The translations under genes and the position numbers were made by a program. The notes below the pieces were generated by a model. That model searched no databases, was not told the origin of the DNA, and was given only the letters and a program-made list of their open reading frames with translations. From Acidimicrobiales bacterium (lineage in GTDB: Bacteria; Actinomycetota; Acidimicrobiia; Acidimicrobiales; CAVXTF01), in contig JBAPRR010000428.1 of NCBI GenBank assembly GCA_049281195.1, positions 8,267-72,266 on the forward strand: a stretch of 64,000 nt of DNA, written 5' to 3'. Below are positions 7,986 to 17,210 of the stretch, piece by piece; positions within the stretch are counted from its first letter, which is position 1; every line of letters begins with the position of its first letter.

Positions 7986-9046
7986 CCGGTGGTGCGCTCC
8001 CAGAACCCGGGTCCGATGGCCTCGTGGTAGTCGCTCTGCGCCCTCACCATTCCCTCGTCATCGATATAGATCGGGAGTTGCGGCAACGGCCGCGGAGCGG
8101 GTCCGAAGACCTGCTGGGCGCCGAAGCGCACGTCGAACAGGGATTGGTGACAGGGACAGAGGAGTTGCTCGGTCTGTTCCTGGTAGAGGCCGACAGGACA
8201 TCCGGCGTGGGTACAGACCTTGGAGTAGGCGACCATCCCCTGTGGTCCCCAGGTCTCGCGTCCCGGCCTCGTGACGATGGCAGGAGGCGGCGCCCCGGTC
8301 GGGCTGAACCCGTCGAGGCGGATGATGAGGGTCTGGTCGATGGCCTGAGCGTCGGGGTTGTTCTCGAAGCCCTGCGGAAAGACGGTGAGGAGGCCGCCCT
8401 TTTCGAGCGTCGTGTTCGTCACCGGATTCCCGTTGATGTCCACCAGCAGCGCGCCCTGCTTCCAGTCCGTGTGGTACATCGAGCTCTTGGGGACAGGGCC
8501 GAGAGAACGCAGCAACGGGAACCCCAGCACCACTCCCATCACAGCTCCACCGGCGCCGAGGACCGCCCCGAGGAACCCGCGCCGGCGGAAGATCATCTGG
8601 CCGCGCTCGTAGATCGCAGCCGTCATGAGCTCCTGCTCTTCCGGCGTGGACTCGTGCGGGTGGCGCTCCTCCTCGAACGGACCTTGAGGCAGCAGGTATT
8701 TGCCGTAAGCCGACATCCCGAATCCGAACAGGAAGAGGCCGGCACCCATGAAGACGCCCTCCCACTGGGTCTGACCGCCCACCCAGTAGAGAGCTCCGTA
8801 ACCGCAGAATGCGGCGAGGGCGACTATGAGGACAAGGGCGATGACCGCTTCCGCACGGCGGGGGTTCTTGGCGAACGGCTGAAGATGCGGATCGTCCAGG
8901 CTGGCGAAATGCGTCACTCCGCCGTTGCTGTCTGGTCCGCCGCCATGCGAGCCGCCGCCGCCACCGCCATGACCAACAGCTCCAGCCACGACTTCCCCGG
9001 TCACGTCCGTCGTGGTCGCGTCGCTCACGTCGCTCACGTCACTCAC
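7982..9046 (-). CDS. qcrA: Cytochrome bc1 complex Rieske iron-sulfur subunit
   Basis: Rieske boxes CTHAGCP and CPCHQSLF with three N-terminal TM helices. GTG at 9046 forms a GTGA overlap with the qcrC stop (9043-9045). The longer ORF to 9370 is Arg-rich shadow sequence. Confidence 0.9.
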   Translation of the reverse strand: MSDVSDVSDATTTDVTGEVVAGAVGHGGGGGGSHGGGPDSNGGVTHFASLDDPHLQPFAKNPRRAEAVIALVLIVALAAFCGYGALYWVGGQTQWEGVFMGAGLFLFGFGMSAYGKYLLPQGPFEEERHPHESTPEEQELMTAAIYERGQMIFRRRGFLGAVLGAGGAVMGVVLGFPLLRSLGPVPKSSMYHTDWKQGALLVDINGNPVTNTTLEKGGLLTVFPQGFENNPDAQAIDQTLIIRLDGFSPTGAPPPAIVTRPGRETWGPQGMVAYSKVCTHAGCPVGLYQEQTEQLLCPCHQSLFDVRFGAQQVFGPAPRPLPQLPIYIDDEGMVRAQSDYHEAIGPGFWERTTG

Positions 9047-10032
9047 GCGTTGGCCGTCCGGTCGCCGAGCCAGAAGGCCACGAGCATCAGTCCTCCGACA
9101 CCGATCAGAAGTGCAATGAAACCTTCGGCAACCGGGCCGATTCCGCCGAGTCCGAGACCACCCCGGTTGTTCGGCTTCTGGATCGGACCTGTCACGTAAG
9201 CCACGATGTCGGCCACCTGCTGATCGCTCAGGGTTCCGGGTCCGAATCGCGGCATGTTGCCGGGCCCCGTGCGCATGGCTTCGACCACCTGATACGGCGT
9301 CGCCTGGTGCAGGGTAGGTGCGTAGTAGTTGTCGGCGATGGCATCGCCGGCACCGGTGATCGTGTGACAACCCGCGCAGTTCAAAACGAACAGTGAGTTG
9401 CCCGTCGTCAGGTTCGAACCCGAAAGATCAATGCGGGGGATTTGGATGTTCCCCTCTGTCGGCGTACGGATCGAGTTGACGAAGGCCACGATCTGGAGGA
9501 TCTGCGTGTTGCTGAAGCGCGGGGGCTTCTGCACCGCGGACTGAGCGGCGTCGGCGAGTGGCATACGGCCGGTCGACAGCCAGAAGTCGATGGTCCCCGC
9601 GCCCAGACCTTGAAGGTTCGGGGCGATCGCAGAACCCGACGCATCTGAGCCGTGACATGAAGAGCAGTTCTGCTCGAAAAGAATGTGGCCCGGAGCTATG
9701 TACGAGTCAGGTGGTAGGTAGTACTTGATCGGCGAGCCGGGCTTGCCCGGTGGGACGCCGTAGCCGGCGTCAGGATTCGGAGCCTGCGTATGCACAGCCT
9801 GCGACTGCGCAGACTGCGTGTGCACGGCCAGAGTGTGCGCAGACTGCGTGTGCACAGCCTGCGTGTGCGTCGACTGGGCCGAAGCAGGCGTGATCATCAG
9901 CCCGATGTAGATGACGAACCCCACCAGCACGACGGGCAGGAACCTCTTGGGCTTGAGGCTCGACGCCTGAAAAGCCCGTGAAATCCTCGAAATCCCAGAA
10001 GTCCTCAACGACACGTAGCGATCCCTAGCCAC
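9043..10032 (-). CDS. qcrC: Cytochrome bc1 complex diheme cytochrome c subunit
   Basis: Two heme-binding motifs CSSCHG and CAGCHT. N-terminal signal/TM and C-terminal TM anchor. Overlaps the ctaE stop by 8 nt. Confidence 0.92.
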   Translation of the reverse strand: MARDRYVSLRTSGISRISRAFQASSLKPKRFLPVVLVGFVIYIGLMITPASAQSTHTQAVHTQSAHTLAVHTQSAQSQAVHTQAPNPDAGYGVPPGKPGSPIKYYLPPDSYIAPGHILFEQNCSSCHGSDASGSAIAPNLQGLGAGTIDFWLSTGRMPLADAAQSAVQKPPRFSNTQILQIVAFVNSIRTPTEGNIQIPRIDLSGSNLTTGNSLFVLNCAGCHTITGAGDAIADNYYAPTLHQATPYQVVEAMRTGPGNMPRFGPGTLSDQQVADIVAYVTGPIQKPNNRGGLGLGGIGPVAEGFIALLIGVGGLMLVAFWLGDRTANA

Positions 10033-10657
10033 TCTTCAAGAGGAATAGGCAGCTGAAAATTCCGATCCACATGAAGTCCACGAAGTGCCAGTAGTAACCG
10101 ACGGCCTGGTAGACGTTCACCTCTCCCGGGTCACCGGCCCGGCCCTTCATTCGGCCGAGCAGGAAGAGCATTGCGATGAGGCCGAGAACGACGTGGATGC
10201 CGTGAATCCCGGTCATCACGTAGAAGAGCGACCAGTAGGCGTTGGTGTGCGGCGCGAATCCCCGGTGAAGGAAGTCGTGCCACTCGTAGAGGGTGTTGGA
10301 GACGAAAGCCGCGCCCATGATGAAGCTGACGTAGATCCAGATGCGCGCCTTGTTTCGTTCGCCGCGCTCGACAGCCCACACACCGAGCTGGAATGTGGGG
10401 CTCGACGCAAGAAGTACGACGGAGAAGATTCCGGCCTGAACGAGGTCGAGGTGAAAGTTCCCCAACGGCGGCCATTGCTTGCTCGGGTAGTTCGCCCTGA
10501 TCGTGAAGTACGCGGCGAACAGGCCGCTGAAGAACATCAGCTCGGAGCCAAGCCAGATCATGACCCCGACCGCTAGAAGCGGGGGCCGTTCTGGGCGGTG
10601 TCTGATGCCCGGGGCCGCCCCCGGGGCTTGTGGGTCGACCGACAGGGCCTGGCTCAC
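10025..10657 (-). CDS. ctaE: Cytochrome c oxidase subunit III
   Basis: 5-TM protein with the YWHFVDFMWI signature. First gene of ctaE-qcrCAB. Confidence 0.92.
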   Translation of the reverse strand: MSQALSVDPQAPGAAPGIRHRPERPPLLAVGVMIWLGSELMFFSGLFAAYFTIRANYPSKQWPPLGNFHLDLVQAGIFSVVLLASSPTFQLGVWAVERGERNKARIWIYVSFIMGAAFVSNTLYEWHDFLHRGFAPHTNAYWSLFYVMTGIHGIHVVLGLIAMLFLLGRMKGRAGDPGEVNVYQAVGYYWHFVDFMWIGIFSCLFLLKSG

Positions 10658-10938
10658 ACGTCTTTCCTAGCTGACGGAAGACCCCTAGCGCCAGAACACT
10701 CGGCCCACGGCCTCGGAACTCTCGCTCGACGACGACTCGGCACGCGCTCCGCACGCACGCAGCTCCGGCTCCGCGCCGCGTTCGTTCGTTCAGCCGCGGA
10801 ATTTCGGTGCTCGGATGACGCCTATTGCACCCTTAGTCGGGTCCCCTGCTGCGAGCCCAGGGAGACGCCACCCGGCGGCCTCAGCCTTTCGCCAACCGTG
10901 AGCTCAGCCAGTCGTCAGCCGTGAGCTCAGCCGTCAGC

Positions 10939-13395
10939 TCAGTCGCCCGCCGGCACCGGGTCCATCTGGCGCAGCGACGCGGGAAGCGGGCGCGCATGAA
11001 GAACCGCCAGGCGCCTCGTGGGCCGTGTCAGTGCGACGTACAGGCGCCTCAGACCCTGACGCGATTCTTCGACAACGGCCGCGGGCTCCACGACGATCAC
11101 GCCGTCGAATTCAAGACCGTTGGCGAGATCCACCGGGAGCAGGTTGACCGGCGCGCCCAGCCCGTCGAGACGGGGGTCCCGGGCCCGCACTCCGGCCGCG
11201 TCGAGAGCCATCGCCAATTCCGCCACCAGCGACGCCGGGGAGAGCACGGCCACGGTTCCCGGCTGGAGCTCCGCCGAAAGCTCGGCGGCCGCCTGAGCGA
11301 CCTCTGCCGCCAGATCCTCGGGGGTCGTCTGCTTGAACGTGGGCAGGAATCCGGTGTGTCTGATCGCAGTAGGCGGTTGGAGGGACGGCGCCGCGGCCTC
11401 GAGCACCTTGGAGGCCACCTGCATCACCTCCGCCGGAGTCCGGTAGCTGACCGACAGCTCGACCACTCGAGGCGGGCGTTGCTTGGGCAGGTGGGCGAGC
11501 ACCACATCCCATCTGTCGGCGGCCCAGGGACCTGTCGCCTGCCCGATGTCCCCCACTACGGTCACAGATCCCGACAGCGACCGTCTGGCCACCATCCTCA
11601 GCTGCATGGGGGAGAGATCCTGAGCCTCGTCGACGACGATGTGCCCGTAGGTCCTGGGGCCTTCTTCTTCGGCTGCTCTCTGGCCATGGGCCTGGGTGAT
11701 GCCGGCGTCGGATGCTCCGGAACGTCGGGCATACCGTGGGCCGAGTACGACACGCGCCTCGTCCACCAACGCCGCGTCCGCGGCCGTGAAAGACACTTCG
11801 ACCAACGACGTGCTGCGCTTGCGGTACAGAAGCCGGTGTTCTTCGGGCGTCAGCAATCCATTGGCGGCGGCCGCCAGAAGCGGCGGGGCTCCGTACATGT
11901 CGTGCAGCAGCTCTTCTGCACTCAACCTCGGCCAGATGCGGTCGAGCGCTTCGGTCAGTTGGGGCACCTTGCGCAGCTGGCGGCCGAAGTCGGCGAAGTC
12001 GAACTCCTGGGTCTCGAATTCTTCCGTGTCGACACCGTCGTCGGCCCCGTCCTCGTTTTCATCAGCGAATACATCAGCCCAGGTGGAGGCACCTTTGTCG
12101 TTGTCGCGAGTGGTGGCCAGAGTCTCCCGGGTCTTCAGGTACTCGTCAGCCAGACGCCTGACCAGAATCTGCTCGACGAACCGTCTTCTGGCGTTGTGGG
12201 TCCCCGGACGCCTGCGCGCGGCCGAAACCACTTCTGCTGACATCTCCGGAGTCAGGTGGAGGACCGCGGAGCCGAACGGGATGTCGAAGGCTTTGCGCAA
12301 CGGTCGCTGGCGGGTCCTTACCGCGCGGGATATCACCCGCTCCATGCGGGCATCACCTTTCAACCTCGCCGTGTCAGGCGGATCGTCCCCACGGACGCTG
12401 AAGCCGTGCACGAGCCCGCTGATCGTGGAGAGCGTCACGCCGCTTTCACCGAGCGAGGGAAGGACCTTCTCGATGTAGCGCAGGAACAGAGGGTTCGGAC
12501 CGATAACGAGAACGCCTTGGCGCTCGAGCGGGAAGCGGTGCGTGTAAAGGAGATAGGCCGCCCGGTGGAGGGCGACAGCGGTCTTTCCGGTCCCCGGGCC
12601 GCCCTGGACCACCAGCACTCCAGCCAGCTCGGAACGGATGATCTCGTCCTGCTCTCCCTGGATGGTGGCGACGATGTCGCGCATCCGTCCCGTTCGAGCT
12701 CCCTCCAGCGCAGCAAGAAGCGCTCCAGGCCCTCCCACCTGCAGGTCGTCCGCAAGCGCCGGTCCTCCGTTCGAAGCCGTTGCGCCGTCAGAACCTGCTG
12801 CCCCACTCTCCGAACCAGCAGCCACGCCGGCGGCACCCAGGCCGTCTGGCACGAATCTCTCGTCTTCGATGTCGGTCACCTGCCGACCGGTGGAGGCGAT
12901 GTGGCGTCTCAAAACGAGACCCATGGGCTCTCGTCCCGTCGCCCTGTAGAAGGGTTCGGCCACGGGAGCGCGCCAGTCGACCACCAGAGGATCGAGGTCG
13001 TCGCCCGAGATGCCCAGGCGCCCGACGTGGAAAGTCTCGATCCGTCTTCCGGCCCCTTCGACCTTCGACCCGGCCTCTTCGACTTTCGACGCACCTTCTT
13101 CGCCCGTCGGCCCGGGTTCTTCCACCCGTCGGGCAGGCGGCACGTCGGGCATGTCGGTGGCTATGCGGTCTATCCGACCGAACAGAAGCGCTTGATCACC
13201 GATTTCGAGCTGCTCCAGGCGCGCCAGGCTCGTCCTTACGATGACGTCCCGCTCTTCTAGGTATTGATGCGTGCCGGTTCCCTGGGCCAAAGCCGCTCGC
13301 AGTCGATCACGCGTATCGTCCCTGAGCTGCTCGAGCCGGTCGTACGCGCGCGACAAGTGGGCTTGCTCCGACTGGAGCTCAGGGTGTTGATCCAC
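10939..13395 (-). CDS. helD: HelD-like UvrD/Rep superfamily 1 helicase (RNA polymerase-associated ATPase type)
   Basis: Walker [25 protein letters not shown]-terminal [22 protein letters not shown] coiled segment typical of HelD. C-terminal helicase motifs HIVVDEAQD and [13 protein letters not shown] at 13395 has GGAGGG 7 nt upstream. The longest ORF starts at ATG 13443. Confidence 0.8.
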   Translation of the reverse strand: MDQHPELQSEQAHLSRAYDRLEQLRDDTRDRLRAALAQGTGTHQYLEERDVIVRTSLARLEQLEIGDQALLFGRIDRIATDMPDVPPARRVEEPGPTGEEGASKVEEAGSKVEGAGRRIETFHVGRLGISGDDLDPLVVDWRAPVAEPFYRATGREPMGLVLRRHIASTGRQVTDIEDERFVPDGLGAAGVAAGSESGAAGSDGATASNGGPALADDLQVGGPGALLAALEGARTGRMRDIVATIQGEQDEIIRSELAGVLVVQGGPGTGKTAVALHRAAYLLYTHRFPLERQGVLVIGPNPLFLRYIEKVLPSLGESGVTLSTISGLVHGFSVRGDDPPDTARLKGDARMERVISRAVRTRQRPLRKAFDIPFGSAVLHLTPEMSAEVVSAARRRPGTHNARRRFVEQILVRRLADEYLKTRETLATTRDNDKGASTWADVFADENEDGADDGVDTEEFETQEFDFADFGRQLRKVPQLTEALDRIWPRLSAEELLHDMYGAPPLLAAAANGLLTPEEHRLLYRKRSTSLVEVSFTAADAALVDEARVVLGPRYARRSGASDAGITQAHGQRAAEEEGPRTYGHIVVDEAQDLSPMQLRMVARRSLSGSVTVVGDIGQATGPWAADRWDVVLAHLPKQRPPRVVELSVSYRTPAEVMQVASKVLEAAAPSLQPPTAIRHTGFLPTFKQTTPEDLAAEVAQAAAELSAELQPGTVAVLSPASLVAELAMALDAAGVRARDPRLDGLGAPVNLLPVDLANGLEFDGVIVVEPAAVVEESRQGLRRLYVALTRPTRRLAVLHARPLPASLRQMDPVPAGD

Positions 13396-13443
13396 TCGAG
13401 TCCCTCCTCGGTCACCCGCCCGAGTGACCGAACTAGAGATCAT

Positions 13444-14553
13444 ATGTCGGCGGCCGGCTTCTCCCGGCGGTCAGCTACTTTTCGGGGCGTGCCTGCACCA
13501 GTCTCAGAAAAAGAGTCGGTTTTCCTGCGGGCTTGCAAGGGTGAGCCCACCCCTTTTGTGCCCGTGTGGTTCATGCGCCAGGCGGGCCGATCGCTTCCTG
13601 AATACCGCGAGGCACGCGGGACCGGGAACATCCTCCAGGCACTGGCCGATCCGGTTCTCGCGGCCGAGCTGACCCTGCAGCCGGTGAGGCGCTACGGGGT
13701 GGACGCGGCGATCTTGTTCTCTGACATCGTCGTGCCGGTCGCGGCCATCGGGTTCGGGGTGGAGATTCGAGCCGGCGTGGGCCCGGTGACCGACAAGCCG
13801 TTCAAAGGACCTGACGACCTCGACCGGCTGAGACCTCTCGATGTGGAAAACGATGTCCCCTACGTGGCCGAAGCGGCGCGCCTGGCCTGCGAACAGCTGC
13901 GGCCTCTCGGAGTGCCGCTCATCGGGTTCGCCGGCGCTCCCTTCACTGTGGCGTCGTACCTGGTGGAAGGGGGCCCATCCAGGAACTACGCCAAAACCCT
14001 CACCCTGATGAGGAGCGACCCCGAAACGTGGACTCTGCTGCTCGACAGGCTCGCCGACCATGCAGTGGCGGTACTGCGGGCCCAGGTCGCAGCCGGCGCC
14101 CAGGCGGTCCAGCTCTTCGACAGTTGGGCGGGAGTGCTGTCTGCGTCGGAATACGAGCGGTTCGTGATGCCGGCTTCGAGGAAGGTGCTTGCCGATCTGG
14201 ACGACCTCGGCGTCCCTCGCATCCACTTCGGGGTGGGAACTGGGGAGTTGCTGCATCTGATGGGAAAGGCAGGGGCCGAGGTCGTCGGCGTCGATTGGCG
14301 GGTGCCTCTGGACGAGGCAAAAAAGCGGGTCGGACCCCACAAGGCTCTCCAGGGCAATCTGGATCCCACTATCTGCTTCGCCCCGTGGTCGGTTGTAGAG
14401 GACGCCACCCGGCAGGTACTCCGGCAAGGTGGCGGTCAGGGGCACGTGTTCAATCTTGGTCACGGCGTCCTCCCCGACACCGATCCCGACGTGCTTCACC
14501 GGATCGTCGATCTCGTCCACGGTTGGCAACCGGACGCGGGCCAGAAGCACTAG
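13444..14553 (+). CDS. hemE: Uroporphyrinogen decarboxylase
   Basis: [28 protein letters not shown] signature. An alternative GTG start lies at 13489. Confidence 0.93.
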   Translation: MSAAGFSRRSATFRGVPAPVSEKESVFLRACKGEPTPFVPVWFMRQAGRSLPEYREARGTGNILQALADPVLAAELTLQPVRRYGVDAAILFSDIVVPVAAIGFGVEIRAGVGPVTDKPFKGPDDLDRLRPLDVENDVPYVAEAARLACEQLRPLGVPLIGFAGAPFTVASYLVEGGPSRNYAKTLTLMRSDPETWTLLLDRLADHAVAVLRAQVAAGAQAVQLFDSWAGVLSASEYERFVMPASRKVLADLDDLGVPRIHFGVGTGELLHLMGKAGAEVVGVDWRVPLDEAKKRVGPHKALQGNLDPTICFAPWSVVEDATRQVLRQGGGQGHVFNLGHGVLPDTDPDVLHRIVDLVHGWQPDAGQKH

Positions 14554-14574
14554 AACCGCGCCACGAGTCTTCCG

Positions 14575-15687
14575 ATGAGCGACACACAACCCCGTGACGA
14601 CCGCCCGACCAGCGGCCCAGATCCAGTTGCTGCCCGTCCGTCCCCGCAGATCGACCCCTCCGAGCAGATCCGCCCTTCTGGGCAGGTCGGCCAATCCGGG
14701 CAGATCGGGGTGGTGCTCATGGCGCACGGGACCCCACCGAGCCTCGAAGAGCTTGCCCCTTTCGTCACAGAGCTACGCAGGGGTCGTCCCCCTGAGCCTC
14801 AGCTCCTGGCCGAGCTCGAGCGTCGATACCTTGCCATCGGCGGGATCTCGCCACTCGCTGAACGCAGTCGCTGGCACGCCGAGGCGCTCGCCGAGGCGCT
14901 CGAAGCCCGCGCTCCCGGTCGTTTCGTCGTCGAGCTGGGCTACAAGTACGCGGCCCCGAGAATCGAAGACGCGGTCAAGGCGCTCGGCCGAAGAGGCGTG
15001 ACCAAAGCCGTCGGGCTTGTTCTCGCACCGCACTACTCGGTGATGAGTATCGGCGACTATGCCAAGCGCGCTTCAGATGCCGGGGCAATGCTTGACCCGC
15101 CGATCGAAGTGTCGACTGTGCATCAGTGGTATCTGGCGCCCGGGTTCGTCCCCCTGGTAGCGGAGCTCGTGAGAAAGGCGATAACCGAGCTTCCCGAAAA
15201 CGAACGGTTCGCTGCAACGGCGGTTTTCACCGCCCACAGCCTTCCGGAGCGAATCCTCGATATCGGAGATCCCTACCGGGATCAGCTACTCGAATCTGCT
15301 GCGGCGATCGCAGCCGCCGCAGACGTGGAACGTTTCATGGCTGCATGGCAATCCGCGGGTAGAAGCGCAGAAAAGTGGCTCGGTCCCGACGTGGTCGACG
15401 TCATCGCCGAACTTCCGGCTACGGGCACTACGGCGGTCGTGATCTGTCCGGTCGGATTCGTATCGGAGCACCTTGAGGTTCTCTTCGACCTCGACGTCGA
15501 GGCTCGCGCTGCTGCCGAGAGAGCCGGGATCCGCTACATGAGGACCGCTTCTTTGGACTACGACCCCCGCCTGTCAGAGGTGCTCGCAGGTGTCATTACC
15601 GACACTGCCAATGCACTGGAAGCCAAAGCACTGGAAACAGGATCCGCAGTGCAACCAGACACCAAGAATCAGCTCGCAGACAAGTGA
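14575..15687 (+). CDS. hemH: Ferrochelatase (probably the coproporphyrin ferrochelatase type)
   Basis: VVLMAHGTPPSLEEL...YLAIGGISPL...FTAHSLP...CPVGFVSEHLEVL motifs. The start is uncertain: ATG 14575 gives a 45-aa repeat-containing leader, and GTG 14710 is an alternative. Confidence 0.88.
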   Translation: MSDTQPRDDRPTSGPDPVAARPSPQIDPSEQIRPSGQVGQSGQIGVVLMAHGTPPSLEELAPFVTELRRGRPPEPQLLAELERRYLAIGGISPLAERSRWHAEALAEALEARAPGRFVVELGYKYAAPRIEDAVKALGRRGVTKAVGLVLAPHYSVMSIGDYAKRASDAGAMLDPPIEVSTVHQWYLAPGFVPLVAELVRKAITELPENERFAATAVFTAHSLPERILDIGDPYRDQLLESAAAIAAAADVERFMAAWQSAGRSAEKWLGPDVVDVIAELPATGTTAVVICPVGFVSEHLEVLFDLDVEARAAAERAGIRYMRTASLDYDPRLSEVLAGVITDTANALEAKALETGSAVQPDTKNQLADK

Positions 15688-17210
15688 GCGTGGCGCAGAA
15701 GAACCACAAGACCGTTGCTGTCATAGGCGCAGGAATATCCGGTTTGTCTGCCGCGTGGGAGCTTGCCAACTCTGCACCGGCAGGCACGCGCATCGTCGTC
15801 ATCGAAGCCACGGATCGCGTCGGAGGACTGCTGCGGTCGATCGATGTCGACGGGCAGACTGTCGATGCGGGCGCCGATGCGTTTCTCGCCAGAAGGCCCG
15901 AGGCGATCGAGCTGTGCCAACAGATCGGGATAAGGGAATCCCTGGTTGCTCCTTCCGCCTCGTCGGCCTGCGTCTGGTCACGAGGAGCGTTGCGCCGGCT
16001 GCCGGACGGTCTGGTGCTCGGCGTGCCGACGAAACTCGGTCCTCTCGCTGAGTCGGGAATCCTTTCTACAAAGGGCCTCGGCAGAGCCGCGCTGGATCTC
16101 GTTCTTCCATCCACCGAGTGGTCAGACGCCGAGGATCACTCGGTCGGCGAACTCGTAGAGGGCCGGTTGGGTGAAGAGGTCAAGGATCTACTAACGGGAC
16201 CACTGGTCGGCGGGATCAATGCCGGGCGCATCGATGAGCTGAGCGCGGAAGCGGTCTTTCCGGCTCTGGCCGAAGCCATACGAAAAGGCGGGAGTCTGAT
16301 GCTCGCGCTACGTCCCGACTCCAAGCCGTCGACAGGACCGACTCCATCCACCGCGCCTCCTCCTGTATTCCTCGCGCCGGGCAAGGGTATGTGGAGCCTT
16401 CCCGATGATCTCCGCACGGCCCTGATTGCCCGAGGTGTCGAAATCTCCACCTCGGAGAAAGTCGAACGACTTAGCCGTACGACAAACCCCGACTCTCACG
16501 ACCAAGTCAGTGCGTCTGACGACATGGACCCTGTGTCGAACGATCAAAGCAGTTTGTCGAGCACTCACCGCGGAGAACGAGGTGACACGTGGAAACTGAC
16601 CACCACATCGAGGACGCTCGAGTGTGACGCGTTGATCATCTCGACTCCGGCGTCTGATGCTTCACGACTGATCAGTGAAGTCGAACCCGAGTTGGCGTCG
16701 ACCTTGTCCGAGATCAAGACCGCATCCGTGGCCCTCGTCACCTTCCTGCTCGCACGCGAGTCACCATCTGCGTTGATGGAAGGAAGTGGCTTCCTAGTTC
16801 CTCAGCTCCATTCCGACCGGATGGTGACGGCGTGCACGTTCATGTCCCAAAAGTGGGCGCATTTGAATCGTGCCGGAATGACACTTATGCGAGCTTCGCT
16901 CGGAAGGTCCGGAGATGAGCGCATCATCCAAATGAGCGACCGACAAGTGGAGAATGCCGCTCAAAAGGAGTTGGAAAGCATGCTCGGCTCGATCGGGAAG
17001 GTCGTGGCGAGCGTCGTAAGCAGGTTCGACAGGTCCTTTCCGCAATACACGGTCGGCCACCTCGACAGAGTCGACACGATCGAGGAATCCACTTCCAAGC
17101 TGCGTCCTCCGGTCGCATTGGCCGGATCGTCATATCGGGGAATCGGGGTTCCAGCCTGCATAGCAAGTGGACGTCGGGCCGCACGCCGAGTTTCGGAGGC
17201 GTTGGCGTGA
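15684..17210 (+). CDS. hemY: Protoporphyrinogen/coproporphyrinogen III oxidase (HemY family flavoprotein)
   Basis: FAD fingerprint VAVIGAGISGLSAAWELA, GGLLRS and a C-terminal GSSYRGIGVPACIASG. GTGA overlap with the hemH stop. Confidence 0.88.
   Translation: MSVAQKNHKTVAVIGAGISGLSAAWELANSAPAGTRIVVIEATDRVGGLLRSIDVDGQTVDAGADAFLARRPEAIELCQQIGIRESLVAPSASSACVWSRGALRRLPDGLVLGVPTKLGPLAESGILSTKGLGRAALDLVLPSTEWSDAEDHSVGELVEGRLGEEVKDLLTGPLVGGINAGRIDELSAEAVFPALAEAIRKGGSLMLALRPDSKPSTGPTPSTAPPPVFLAPGKGMWSLPDDLRTALIARGVEISTSEKVERLSRTTNPDSHDQVSASDDMDPVSNDQSSLSSTHRGERGDTWKLTTTSRTLECDALIISTPASDASRLISEVEPELASTLSEIKTASVALVTFLLARESPSALMEGSGFLVPQLHSDRMVTACTFMSQKWAHLNRAGMTLMRASLGRSGDERIIQMSDRQVENAAQKELESMLGSIGKVVASVVSRFDRSFPQYTVGHLDRVDTIEESTSKLRPPVALAGSSYRGIGVPACIASGRRAARRVSEALA

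Noticed and set aside
7979-9199. 406-aa + strand ORF and other long ORFs (for example 8058..8765) across qcrA
   Set aside because: They are antisense or alternate frames of the Rieske protein gene, whose CTHAGCP/CPCH motifs identify the true frame.
10888-10945. TCAGC-rich direct repeats (CCGTGAGCTCAGCC x2) at the helD 3' end
   Set aside because: They are short and imperfect, overlap the stop region, and have no hairpin potential that I could see. Probably chance in GC-rich sequence.
10921-12240. 439-aa + strand ORF (also 11696..12478 and 12256..13260) opposite helD
   Set aside because: These are shadow ORFs with Arg/Gly-rich composition. The - strand frame carries Walker A and other SF1 helicase motifs.
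13395-13444. Apparent zero-length divergent junction: helD ATG at 13443 abutting hemE ATG at 13444
   Set aside because: helD has a better-supported GTG start at 13395 (GGAGGG 7 nt upstream, and an N-terminus beginning just before the conserved ELQSE segment). hemE has an alternative GTG at 13489. The back-to-back starts are therefore probably an artefact of longest-ORF calling.
13504-14727. 407-aa - strand ORF opposite hemE
   Set aside because: It is antisense to a clear uroporphyrinogen decarboxylase frame and has Arg/His/Pro-rich composition.
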